DNA from: an uncultured bacterium
GTDB lineage: Bacteria; Lernaellota; Lernaellaia; JACKCT01; CAYSHR01
Reading direction: 5' to 3'
Assembly: GCA_964430795.1 (NCBI GenBank)
Contig: CAYSHR010000002.1
Span: 1-25,870 of the forward strand
Length of the DNA: 25,870 nt
The notes below the pieces were generated by a model. The model was given only the letters and a program-made list of their open reading frames with translations, was not told where the DNA came from and searched no databases. Below, piece after piece: positions 17,158 through 25,222 of this stretch. Position numbers and translations under genes: made by a program. Every line of letters begins with the position of its first letter. Position 1 is the stretch's first letter.

Positions 17158-19812
17158 TTATAACTCTTTTAGCCCTTCCTCCACCCATTTTCTTATATTT
17201 GCGTCGGATATTTTATCAAGAGCTTTTAAATAATATTGTTTCGCCTCTTCTTTCTCACTTTTTTCCTTTGCCAGATTCCCAAGTTCTATCTCGATTTTCC
17301 CCGCTCCATCTTTGACGGTTTTGGTAAGAGCGAAAAGATAGAGGTTTTTAGCGGCGCCATACTCCTTGCCATTTTTCATTTTTCCGCCAACATAGATCAC
17401 GGCACTGACAAAAGAGTTCTGGTCGAAATTTACTTTTGCTCCTTTTTTTATAGCCAAAAACGACTTGCCAAAGGAATGCCGGTCCGCCAGCAACTGAGCA
17501 AGTTTAAACGCGGAACCAAAATAGACCGGATTGTCTTTTTCAACCATAGCCAGGTTTTTATTAAGAAGCTTAACCGCGTTTTCGTAATCGCCGTTTTTTG
17601 CCATGGCCATGGCAAGAGAGAGGTTTACGCCGGGAGTCTGTTCCTTTGTCAAGTATGGCGCCATCTCCTCTAATGTTTTTATAACCTCGTTCCAATCGGA
17701 CACGAGCTGATAATAGAGAGCCTTTGTGGAATGGAGAGAATAGAGTAGCGACTTTTGTCCATGATATTCTTTGATAACAGGTTTTAAAAATCTATGAAAA
17801 GTACCCCATGGAATGATGTTTTCCGCCTCAAAACGCGCGATATCGTTTAAAGCGTCCAGTTTCTGCCCAAAGACTGTTGATGTGGAAAAGAAGATATCCA
17901 GATTAAAAATTGCCTGAGCAGTTTTATTGGATTTGACCAGGCTTTTTCCATAGAGCAATCTGGCCTCAAGGTCCACTGGGCTCATGGAAAGAACTGTAGC
18001 CAAAAAATCCGCCGCCTTAGAAAAATCCCCGGCCTTGTAGAAAATTCTCGCGGCCTCTTTTAATCGGGCCATATCTTTTAGCTCTTTTTCCGTAAGCCCC
18101 GCCTTCTCTTTTTCCCCTGGAATTATTTTCATGCCCGAAATTAATTTATCGTAACCATGCCGGGTGACAGGAGAGTTGAAAAGGGGAAACAGGGAGGGGG
18201 CGTCCTTATAAAAAGTCAACTCCATTTTGTTAAGATGAATGTAGCCGTCCTCTGGAAATTTATGGGCGAACCTTGTGACAAGAAGATTGTCAGGTCCGTT
18301 AAAGCTTTCGGTTTTCACAAAGTATTTACGGGCGTCGGCGAGGTTCAAAGACAGGGCGTTAAGATCAATGGATTTGTCATCCCTTAAAACCACCGAAGGC
18401 TCAATTTTCGGCCACGATTCCCCCAGGGTGTAAAGTAGAGTGGAAAGGGGCGCCCCGCGAATAAAATTTTCGAGGTTTAAAGCGCCGTCATCGGCGATCT
18501 TTACTCTGTCATTAAGAACAAACCCGGGCATTGCCAAAACCAAACCGGCGTATATTCTGTCCAGGGCGAAATTGCCTCCGGTAAGAAAAAGGGCAAAGCT
18601 GTTTCTGGGCTCATCCATCGAGTCCTTTTTTATTTTGTCTATCAAAAAGGACTCACGCAAAGTCATAGGCAATGGACGGCGAAGGCCCAACACCGGATCG
18701 CCATTTATAAAGGACTTTGTGGAGACAACCATGGCAATTACCGCGTTTGCCACAGCCATGACGATGTAGAACAGAGTGATAACCGTGGCAAGGATTTGAA
18801 CGCGTTTGTTTTCCCAAAAAGATATCGCGAAATGGAGAAACCAGACCGGAAGGATTGAGTAGCCCATAAGCATATACCAAGGGCGCTTTGTGTCGATGAA
18901 TGTGTAGAAAATAAAAGGGCATAGAAAAAAGAGCGAGAAGGCCACGTCACTTGTCGTAAAGGTTTTTTCCTTTAACCGCGTCCAAAGAAAAAAAAGTAAA
19001 GGCGCGATTAAAATAAATCCTCGATAGTCAAATAACATCAGCCATGGATAATAAAATATGCCTTGTGCCCCATGGTGAGGATTTTCGTAATCAACCGCGA
19101 TCTCCGGCGCCACCTCCAATATCCTGGGCAATATCCATGCCCCTGAGACAGCCAGCACCAATAAAAGCAGGGTGAACCGGATTTTCTTTTCCCGGTTGTT
19201 TGGGAAGAAACTCAATGCCAGAAGAGCCGGGGCCAGAGAAATAAGCACCACCGTTTTTGATAAAACCAAGGGAATGGCCAAAGCAACCATAAGAAAAAAC
19301 ATGGTTGGGGATTTGATTTTGGCGGCGTATAAAGCCATGGTCAAAATTGCCAAAGCGCCGGCTAATAACGCCGCCTCAAGGTTATAGGAAAAAGCCACTT
19401 CCCACATGGTTGGCGAGGCCCAGATAACCGCCAGGGGCAAAAGGGCGACCACATTGCCTTTAGCATATAGCCAACCCAAAAGAGCAAGAGAAAGTGACAT
19501 CACTAAAAGGAAAACAATGGTGGTCAGCGTGTATGAAACCGGCGCGAAATCAGTCAAAAGCAGAAAGAATCCACCTGTTAAAAATGTCAAAGGCGGGTAT
19601 CTAACCGGCGCCTGTTTTACAAGGTCCATTATCTCTACCGGTGAAAAGGAAAGGGCGAGACCGTATTTCGTTGTTTCTGGAAAGTGATATCTCGCGTCAT
19701 GCCCACCAGGGATTACCTCAACCTGCCTCCAGATAAAAACTGAAATCAACATGACGGCAATAAAGGCCGCCGTTGAAATTATAATCCCTTTACTGTAAGT
19801 TTTTTTTTCCAT
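17158..19812 (-). CDS. Polytopic GT-C-fold (ArnT/PMT-like) glycosyltransferase fused to a C-terminal TPR region
   Basis: About 10 hydrophobic helices in residues 1-365, first-loop GGHDARYH, RYPPL, late-loop TKRPWY; soluble domain, then TPR helices (YKAGDFSKAADFL...DLEARLLYG, AKNGDYENAVKLL, LGNLA...AKQYYLKAL). Confidence 0.7.
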   Translation of the reverse strand: MEKKTYSKGIIISTAAFIAVMLISVFIWRQVEVIPGGHDARYHFPETTKYGLALSFSPVEIMDLVKQAPVRYPPLTFLTGGFFLLLTDFAPVSYTLTTIVFLLVMSLSLALLGWLYAKGNVVALLPLAVIWASPTMWEVAFSYNLEAALLAGALAILTMALYAAKIKSPTMFFLMVALAIPLVLSKTVVLISLAPALLALSFFPNNREKKIRFTLLLLVLAVSGAWILPRILEVAPEIAVDYENPHHGAQGIFYYPWLMLFDYRGFILIAPLLFFLWTRLKEKTFTTSDVAFSLFFLCPFIFYTFIDTKRPWYMLMGYSILPVWFLHFAISFWENKRVQILATVITLFYIVMAVANAVIAMVVSTKSFINGDPVLGLRRPLPMTLRESFLIDKIKKDSMDEPRNSFALFLTGGNFALDRIYAGLVLAMPGFVLNDRVKIADDGALNLENFIRGAPLSTLLYTLGESWPKIEPSVVLRDDKSIDLNALSLNLADARKYFVKTESFNGPDNLLVTRFAHKFPEDGYIHLNKMELTFYKDAPSLFPLFNSPVTRHGYDKLISGMKIIPGEKEKAGLTEKELKDMARLKEAARIFYKAGDFSKAADFLATVLSMSPVDLEARLLYGKSLVKSNKTAQAIFNLDIFFSTSTVFGQKLDALNDIARFEAENIIPWGTFHRFLKPVIKEYHGQKSLLYSLHSTKALYYQLVSDWNEVIKTLEEMAPYLTKEQTPGVNLSLAMAMAKNGDYENAVKLLNKNLAMVEKDNPVYFGSAFKLAQLLADRHSFGKSFLAIKKGAKVNFDQNSFVSAVIYVGGKMKNGKEYGAAKNLYLFALTKTVKDGAGKIEIELGNLAKEKSEKEEAKQYYLKALDKISDANIRKWVEEGLKEL

Positions 19813-19924
19813 ACCATCGTGAAAAAGAAGAAATTTAAAACAAATAGATGATACAAATGATAATTGTGAAGGGTCTTTAATATTGCCCTTTTTCTCTTAT
19901 CAATTAATTTCAGGAACCCAAGGA

Positions 19925-21073
19925 ATGAACCTTGTCCATTCCATTTTGAACCGTTTTCGTTTTCCAGGCAACAATATTGCGCCATGGATCATTATATTTC
20001 TAGTGGTTTGCGGTTTTATGCCGGCGTGTGAAAATACCTCGCCCTCTTTTCAAAAGAATCTAGAATTGATAAATAATGAAATCAATCTCGGTAATTTCTT
20101 TATCGCCTTTTCCCTTATAGATAAAGCTCTTACTGAAAACTCAAAGGATAAAAACAAAGGCGCGGTATTAAAAAATATTAAAGGCGCCCTCTATATTTTT
20201 ACCTGGAACATGGAAAAAGGGGAAAGGGAGTTTGCCCAGGTGTTGGACCATGACAAAATTGGTTTGGATCAAAAAATAATCGCTCGGACAGGTCTTGCCC
20301 AGTGCCTGTTTCAAAGGGGCGATTATGAAAAAAGTGAAAAGGCTCTTTTGGAAATCATAGAGAGTCACAGCGGCAACCCCAATATTATCAAGGCGTGGGA
20401 ATTGCTGGCCGAAATCCATGTCAAAGCCGGCAAAATGAGAAGGGCGAAGGAAGTATACACCAGGACAATTCCATCTTTAACCTTTGACGAAAAAACAGTC
20501 GAAGCCGGATTATATTTTCTGGTTAGCCAATACATCAACGCTGGGGAAGAAAATAAAGCCGAGGAGATTCTCCATATCATTTCGCGTAGAATCAAAAACA
20601 AAAACACTCTTCCAAAAGTGACAGCCATCAGGATAAAGCTTCTCGCGGCTTCGGGAAGAATTGAACAAGCCGACAAGCTTTTTGAGACCCTTGGCTCCTT
20701 TGCGCCCTGGGCAAAAACCAGTCTATTGGAAAGCAATTTTTACATCGGCGTCGCGCTGACTAAAATTCCAGGCAGGGCTAAAGAGGGTTGGGACCGGATT
20801 GGCTTTATGGCCGGGAACCATCTCGAAACGGATGTAGGATTTCAAGCGAATCTTCTTATGGCCAAGGCAGCCAAGGGCTTGGGGGATATTGATAAGGCAA
20901 AAGATGTCCTGGAGAATCTACGAGTCCCACACGCTAAAAACGGTTTTTTCTCCAGAATTATTTTATTTGAACTTGCCCAACTGGATATTATTTCCGGTGA
21001 TTATTCATTGGCCCGAAAAAGAATTACAGCCATTCTAAAAAACAGCTCTTCTGCTGAGCTTATCAGAGATTGA
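19925..21073 (+). CDS. N-terminal part of a large exported TPR protein (possible lipoprotein); probably one gene with 21074..22609, split by an in-frame TGA
   Basis: Hydrophobic WIIIFLVVCGFMPAC then TPRs (LAQCLFQRGDYEKSE, ELLAEIHVKAG, MAKAAKGLGDIDKAK). ATG 19925 preferred to TTG 19883. Confidence 0.7.
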   Translation: MNLVHSILNRFRFPGNNIAPWIIIFLVVCGFMPACENTSPSFQKNLELINNEINLGNFFIAFSLIDKALTENSKDKNKGAVLKNIKGALYIFTWNMEKGEREFAQVLDHDKIGLDQKIIARTGLAQCLFQRGDYEKSEKALLEIIESHSGNPNIIKAWELLAEIHVKAGKMRRAKEVYTRTIPSLTFDEKTVEAGLYFLVSQYINAGEENKAEEILHIISRRIKNKNTLPKVTAIRIKLLAASGRIEQADKLFETLGSFAPWAKTSLLESNFYIGVALTKIPGRAKEGWDRIGFMAGNHLETDVGFQANLLMAKAAKGLGDIDKAKDVLENLRVPHAKNGFFSRIILFELAQLDIISGDYSLARKRITAILKNSSSAELIRD

Positions 21074-21130
21074 CTGATTCTCCACACCCTTTTTATCGAT
21101 CCTTTTTTTGGCAAACCGGATGATCATGAG

Positions 21131-22609
21131 TTGGAAGTGATAAGAAGAATATCCGCCGCGCCTTTTATTAAAAAGGACTTCAGACTTTTGAAATCCGGCG
21201 GAATTTCAGCTTTTAGATTGAACTCGATTTACAACGACGATTTTAAAAAGGCGATGCTGGTATCCGGCGAAAAGCAAAGAGAATTAATTGCCGGTGTGAC
21301 AAAAGAGCTCTGGAAAGAACTGGAAGCCGCCAATTGGCCCGGCTATGTTTTTCTGTTTGAAAAAGCGGCGGAGATGGAATCTCTTGGTGAAATTGAAATC
21401 TCCATGGAGATTCTAAAAAAGGTCACCGCGCAAAATGAGTTTCTTTTTTCCCTCAAAGCAGATCAGGAGCTCTTGCGCTTAAATGGCAAAATGGGAACTA
21501 ATGACGAGGCGGAAAAAATCTACAGGCGCCTTTTAAACAAACTCGATCCAAATAAATTATCCGGGGCGCAAACAGATTTTATCTGGGCTGAGATTCTGGA
21601 AAAAAGCGACCTTTTAAACGAAGCCTCAGCTATGTTCTTGCGAAACTTCGCGCGATTCCCAAATAGCTTTTGTTCTGTAAAATCTCTTTTTCGCCTGTCA
21701 AAGCTTTACAAAACAACAGCTCAGAAAAAGCAGGAACGCCACGCCATTGAGTTATTACTGGCCCATCCAAAACTTAAATATTTTCCCCCCATAGCCACCG
21801 ACTCTTATCTTGCCATGGCCGATCTTCTTTTTGAGGATGGAAAAAACCAAGGCGCCCAGGTTGCCTACATAATAAAATCCATCGACTCCTTAGACATCTC
21901 AAGATGTCCTGCAAATTATATCGGTTGGATTATCCGGCTTATTTCCAAAGATGAGCTAAAGCCATATTTTGAAAAACTCTCCCAAAAATTATACGAAAAA
22001 ATAGCCGGCGCGCCAGTCGCCGCCAAAATAAAAATGAGCGAAATTCCTCCGTTATTTTCAGCACTTTTAGACCTTGGGCGTAAGGAGGAAAATCCGAAAA
22101 GAAAGATGGAAATAATTTCCATGATATTAACATTTGTCCAGGAAGGAAATATTGTTGACGACAAAATCAAGAAGGATATTTCTATCTATCTTTTTAACGA
22201 AATAAATAGCATTGCTTTTACAAATCCCGGATTAAAAAATGAAGCCAGGCTAAATTATATTTATCATCTGGCAAATAGCAAAGAGAAGGAACTCGGCTTA
22301 AAAGCCATTATTCTCTATAAAGAGTTTGTGGCCGGAACAGGTGACAGTGGAAATATTCCCGGTCTTGACAAAGCCCGAATCGCTCTATGGGACGCGATTG
22401 ATAACGAAAAAGAGAAAGAAAAACTGGTAAAGGAATTGTTAATCAGGGTTTTAGAATCCCCAGGGGAAAAAAGATTCAGAAGGGCCGCCCTTACCCGATT
22501 GATGAACTGGTATTCAAATAAAGGGCAAAAAGGAAAAGGGGAAAAGGTAAGAAAACAACTGGAGAGTTTTTACAATAACCCCCCTGATTTGCCAAAGCTG
22601 ATCATATAG
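21131..22609 (+). CDS. C-terminal part of the same large TPR/helical-repeat protein (frame is open from 21074)
   Basis: Same frame as 19925..21073 with no stop between 21074 and TTG 21131; TPR-like segments (FARFPNSFCSVKSLFRLSKLY, BamD/CpoB-style); no clear SD or ATG of its own. Confidence 0.65.
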   Translation: MEVIRRISAAPFIKKDFRLLKSGGISAFRLNSIYNDDFKKAMLVSGEKQRELIAGVTKELWKELEAANWPGYVFLFEKAAEMESLGEIEISMEILKKVTAQNEFLFSLKADQELLRLNGKMGTNDEAEKIYRRLLNKLDPNKLSGAQTDFIWAEILEKSDLLNEASAMFLRNFARFPNSFCSVKSLFRLSKLYKTTAQKKQERHAIELLLAHPKLKYFPPIATDSYLAMADLLFEDGKNQGAQVAYIIKSIDSLDISRCPANYIGWIIRLISKDELKPYFEKLSQKLYEKIAGAPVAAKIKMSEIPPLFSALLDLGRKEENPKRKMEIISMILTFVQEGNIVDDKIKKDISIYLFNEINSIAFTNPGLKNEARLNYIYHLANSKEKELGLKAIILYKEFVAGTGDSGNIPGLDKARIALWDAIDNEKEKEKLVKELLIRVLESPGEKRFRRAALTRLMNWYSNKGQKGKGEKVRKQLESFYNNPPDLPKLII

Positions 22610-22616
22610 CCGGCAA

Positions 22617-23714
22617 TTATTTGAAAAAGACAATTTGTGAAATCACCTCGCCGGAAAATGGTTCCAGACCTTGCCCGAAATCAACTTTAACGGTTGTGTC
22701 TATTGGCGGATATCTATAGATATAGGGCCGTGCGTAAATAATCTCCACTAGTTTTCTGGTAATAATATTCACCTTGGCCAGGGTTTCAATTCGCTCGATA
22801 AAATCATCAAATTGGATTTCCATGGAAAGGGTGCAACCAGGGTCGTTAACCGTGATCACGCCCTTTCTTGGAATGGCATATTTTGAAACCGGGTCAAGTA
22901 TGGTTTCCAATAATTCCAGGCGCCCCGCGGTGGATATATGCTTTACCCGCCCATCTTTTACTATAGTGGTTATTCCAAAATATCTCTCATTATAATCTGA
23001 GTCCGGAACAAATCCCGAATGGATGACTGTGAGTTTCTCGCTGTGAAACCTCAATGAATTCCACCGCTTTACAAAAGAGGGCGGAAAAGTGTTTGACAAA
23101 GCGTGCTCAACATATCCCCAGCCGTTAATATTGTGTTTGGCGCCTTTTACTTCGATGGTTCCCGAAACCGTGGCTGTCGGCGCCATAAGGATTTCCTTAT
23201 AAAAACCTTTGAAGTTCTTACCGAATTTTACTCTTCCATCATCAGAAAGTTTAACTCCCGGACTGCCGGCCTTAAAAACCATGTCCATCTTTATCTCGGG
23301 ATCTTTGAGTTTTAAGTAATAATTAGGGTGGCGTCCGAAAAGTTTAACATTGGGAAATTCCACAGAAAAATTATTCTTATCCGCTTTCAGGTCCTTCGAT
23401 TTAAACTCGGAAAATATATTGACGATCTTTTGGTCCGGTAAAATTACTGTAATGTTATAGGCGGGGAAGTTATTTGATATGCCCGCGTTTGAAACACCGA
23501 ACTGACAATTGGCCACAAGGCCGTTTTCGCTCCTGGCCAAAAAACTCCACATCTCCACAAAGCCAAAGCCCTTATGGGGTTCATGAGCTTCATCAGCACT
23601 AGTGATTCCCATGTTAATATTTTCAGGAACAGGGGGCACAAAGATGGATTTCGCGGCAAAAGCAAAAGCTGATAAAAGAACAAGGAAAAATAATGTTAGC
23701 CACCGCTTTTTCAT
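22617..23714 (-). CDS. Exported beta-rich protein, lipocalin-like (AttH/CrtC/Svf1-type) fold suspected
   Basis: Signal MKKRWLTLFFLVLLSAFAFA (ATG 23714 preferred to TTG 23744); EMWSFLA...QFGVSNAG, VSGTIEVKG...GWGYVEHA and WNSLRFH resemble this superfamily. Confidence 0.5.
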   Translation of the reverse strand: MKKRWLTLFFLVLLSAFAFAAKSIFVPPVPENINMGITSADEAHEPHKGFGFVEMWSFLARSENGLVANCQFGVSNAGISNNFPAYNITVILPDQKIVNIFSEFKSKDLKADKNNFSVEFPNVKLFGRHPNYYLKLKDPEIKMDMVFKAGSPGVKLSDDGRVKFGKNFKGFYKEILMAPTATVSGTIEVKGAKHNINGWGYVEHALSNTFPPSFVKRWNSLRFHSEKLTVIHSGFVPDSDYNERYFGITTIVKDGRVKHISTAGRLELLETILDPVSKYAIPRKGVITVNDPGCTLSMEIQFDDFIERIETLAKVNIITRKLVEIIYARPYIYRYPPIDTTVKVDFGQGLEPFSGEVISQIVFFK

Positions 23715-23890
23715 TAATAAACTCAGAAGCACCGGGATTTTCAAGTTTTTTGCCAGGGAGAAATTTTATTAAAGAGGGAAGTATACACTATCGGACTAAA
23801 TCCCCAAAAGATATTCGCCTTCAAATTTCAGTAATCTCTTGCCTTTCTTTTTCAGGATTGTCAATATTGTTCCATTAATCAGGAAAGATT

Positions 23891-24409
23891 ATGAAAAAGA
23901 ACAAATCAAAAAATGTTGAGGAATTGCTCAAGGCCAGGACCAGGGATCTTTTGGAAATTAAGAGACAGATGGAAAAGCTGGAAAATGATTTGGAGGAGAA
24001 GAAAGTCGCGCTAAAAGTATTATTGGAGCACACAAAAGAAGAAAAAAAGGAGTTGGACGAAAAAGTTCTTGTAAATATAAAAATGCTGGCTTTGCCCTAT
24101 ATTGAAAAGCTGCGAAATACACGTCTTGATTCCCGGCAGAAAGAATATCTGGCTATTTTGGAATCAAATATTAATGACATAATTTCCCCATTTATAACAC
24201 GGCTGTCAGATGTTACAGAGAGATTGACTCCCAAGGAGGTCGAAATCGCGAAACTTATCAAGTATGGCAAAACAAGTAAAGAAATCGCTACTTTATTGGT
24301 TCTGTCAAAGGAAACTGTGAACCATCACAGGCAGAGCATTCGCTCCAAGCTGGGTCTGGCCAATCAAAAAATCAACCTTCGAAACCATCTCCTTTTCCTG
24401 TCAAAATAG
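23891..24409 (+). CDS. LuxR-type HTH regulator with N-terminal coiled coil and no sensor domain
   Basis: RLTPKEVEIAKLIKYGKTSKEIA...SKETVNHHRQSIRSKLGL; heptad-rich N-terminus; SD AGGAA; in-frame TAA at 23876-23878 rules out an upstream extension. Confidence 0.88.
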   Translation: MKKNKSKNVEELLKARTRDLLEIKRQMEKLENDLEEKKVALKVLLEHTKEEKKELDEKVLVNIKMLALPYIEKLRNTRLDSRQKEYLAILESNINDIISPFITRLSDVTERLTPKEVEIAKLIKYGKTSKEIATLLVLSKETVNHHRQSIRSKLGLANQKINLRNHLLFLSK

Positions 24410-24448
24410 CTATAACAAATAGCCATAATATGCCCAATATATTACTAT

Positions 24449-24475
24449 TATAGTTCATGGAACAGTTGCCGATAT
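24449..24475 (+). promoter_or_regulatory. Sigma-28 (FliA) promoter upstream of cheW
   Basis: TATAGTTC (24449-24456), 11-nt spacer, GCCGATAT (24468-24475) against consensus TAAAGTTT-N11-GCCGATAA: 6/8 and 7/8 with exact spacing. Confidence 0.65.
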
Positions 24476-24607
24476 TCTACCAGATAGCATAATTCAGGTA
24501 TGGATTTTTGTGGATCGGAAACAGGATTTTGATATCGGTCCGAATAAGGAAGAGAACCATATTGGCATTTGTTACGCGAAACTCTGAGAAAAAAAGGGAG
24601 CTAAGGA

Positions 24608-25159
24608 ATGACAGAGACTTTGGAAACACCGGTTGTAGAAGACCAGGGGCCGGAGATTGGGTCAAAGTTGGGGAAAAAGCTTGCCGGCAAATATATGGCT
24701 TTTCGTCTTGCCAATGAGGTCTATGCCCTTGAACTATTAAAGGTTCGGGAGATTATCGGCATGATGGAAATCACCAGGGTTGCCAGAACCGCTGAGCATA
24801 TCAGAGGGGTAATCAATCTTCGGGGCAAAGTAATTCCTGTAATGGATCAGAAATTGAAGTTCGGCATGGAGCGGACCGAGGCAACGGACCAGACCGTTAT
24901 CATTGTGGTTCAATTGTCCTCTGTGGATTTAGAATTAACCATAGGCATCCTGGTCGATGAAGTGCAGGAAGTGCTTTCTATCGAAGCTGATGAAATTGAA
25001 CCGCCGCCGGATTTTGGATCAGGAGGCGTAAACGCCAACTTTATTCTTGGGGTGGCTAAACATGAACTGGGGGTAATCTTCCTACTGGATATCGAAAAGG
25101 TATTAAGCGGGGAGAAGGCGCCTGAAGTGAATGAAGATTCCTCTAAAACCCATGGATGA
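24608..25159 (+). CDS. cheW: Chemotaxis coupling protein CheW
   Basis: KYMAFRLANEVYALELLKVREII, IRGVINLRGKVIPVMD, IGILVDEVQEVL, FILGVAK, IFLLDIEKVL; SD AGGGAG. Confidence 0.95.
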   Translation: MTETLETPVVEDQGPEIGSKLGKKLAGKYMAFRLANEVYALELLKVREIIGMMEITRVARTAEHIRGVINLRGKVIPVMDQKLKFGMERTEATDQTVIIVVQLSSVDLELTIGILVDEVQEVLSIEADEIEPPPDFGSGGVNANFILGVAKHELGVIFLLDIEKVLSGEKAPEVNEDSSKTHG

Positions 25160-25222
25160 CATAAAAATAATTTTCAAACCAGACATGGAAAAAAATAATA
25201 ATTTCACAAGGGGTGATAGATA

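Noticed and set aside
15025-19812. A single GT-C-OMP-aminotransferase operon
   Set aside because: A REP-like hairpin and a good sigma-70 candidate (16302-16329) separate the OMP from the aminotransferase. A functional link remains possible, but co-transcription is not supported.
660-21073. Alternative genetic code (stop reassignment)
   Set aside because: The two internal stops are different codons. TGA ends DUF58, the hypothetical gene and batD in ATGA-coupled overlaps and also ends cheW; TAA ends smpB and tnaA at normal lengths; TGG is used for Trp.
21071-21130. Selenocysteine insertion at the in-frame TGA
   Set aside because: No stable SECIS-like hairpin downstream and no redox-motif context in a TPR protein.
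17158-24409. Horizontally acquired low-GC island
   Set aside because: Some stretches look AT-rich, but I could not compute GC or codon profiles, and no integrase, tRNA or flanking direct repeats are visible.
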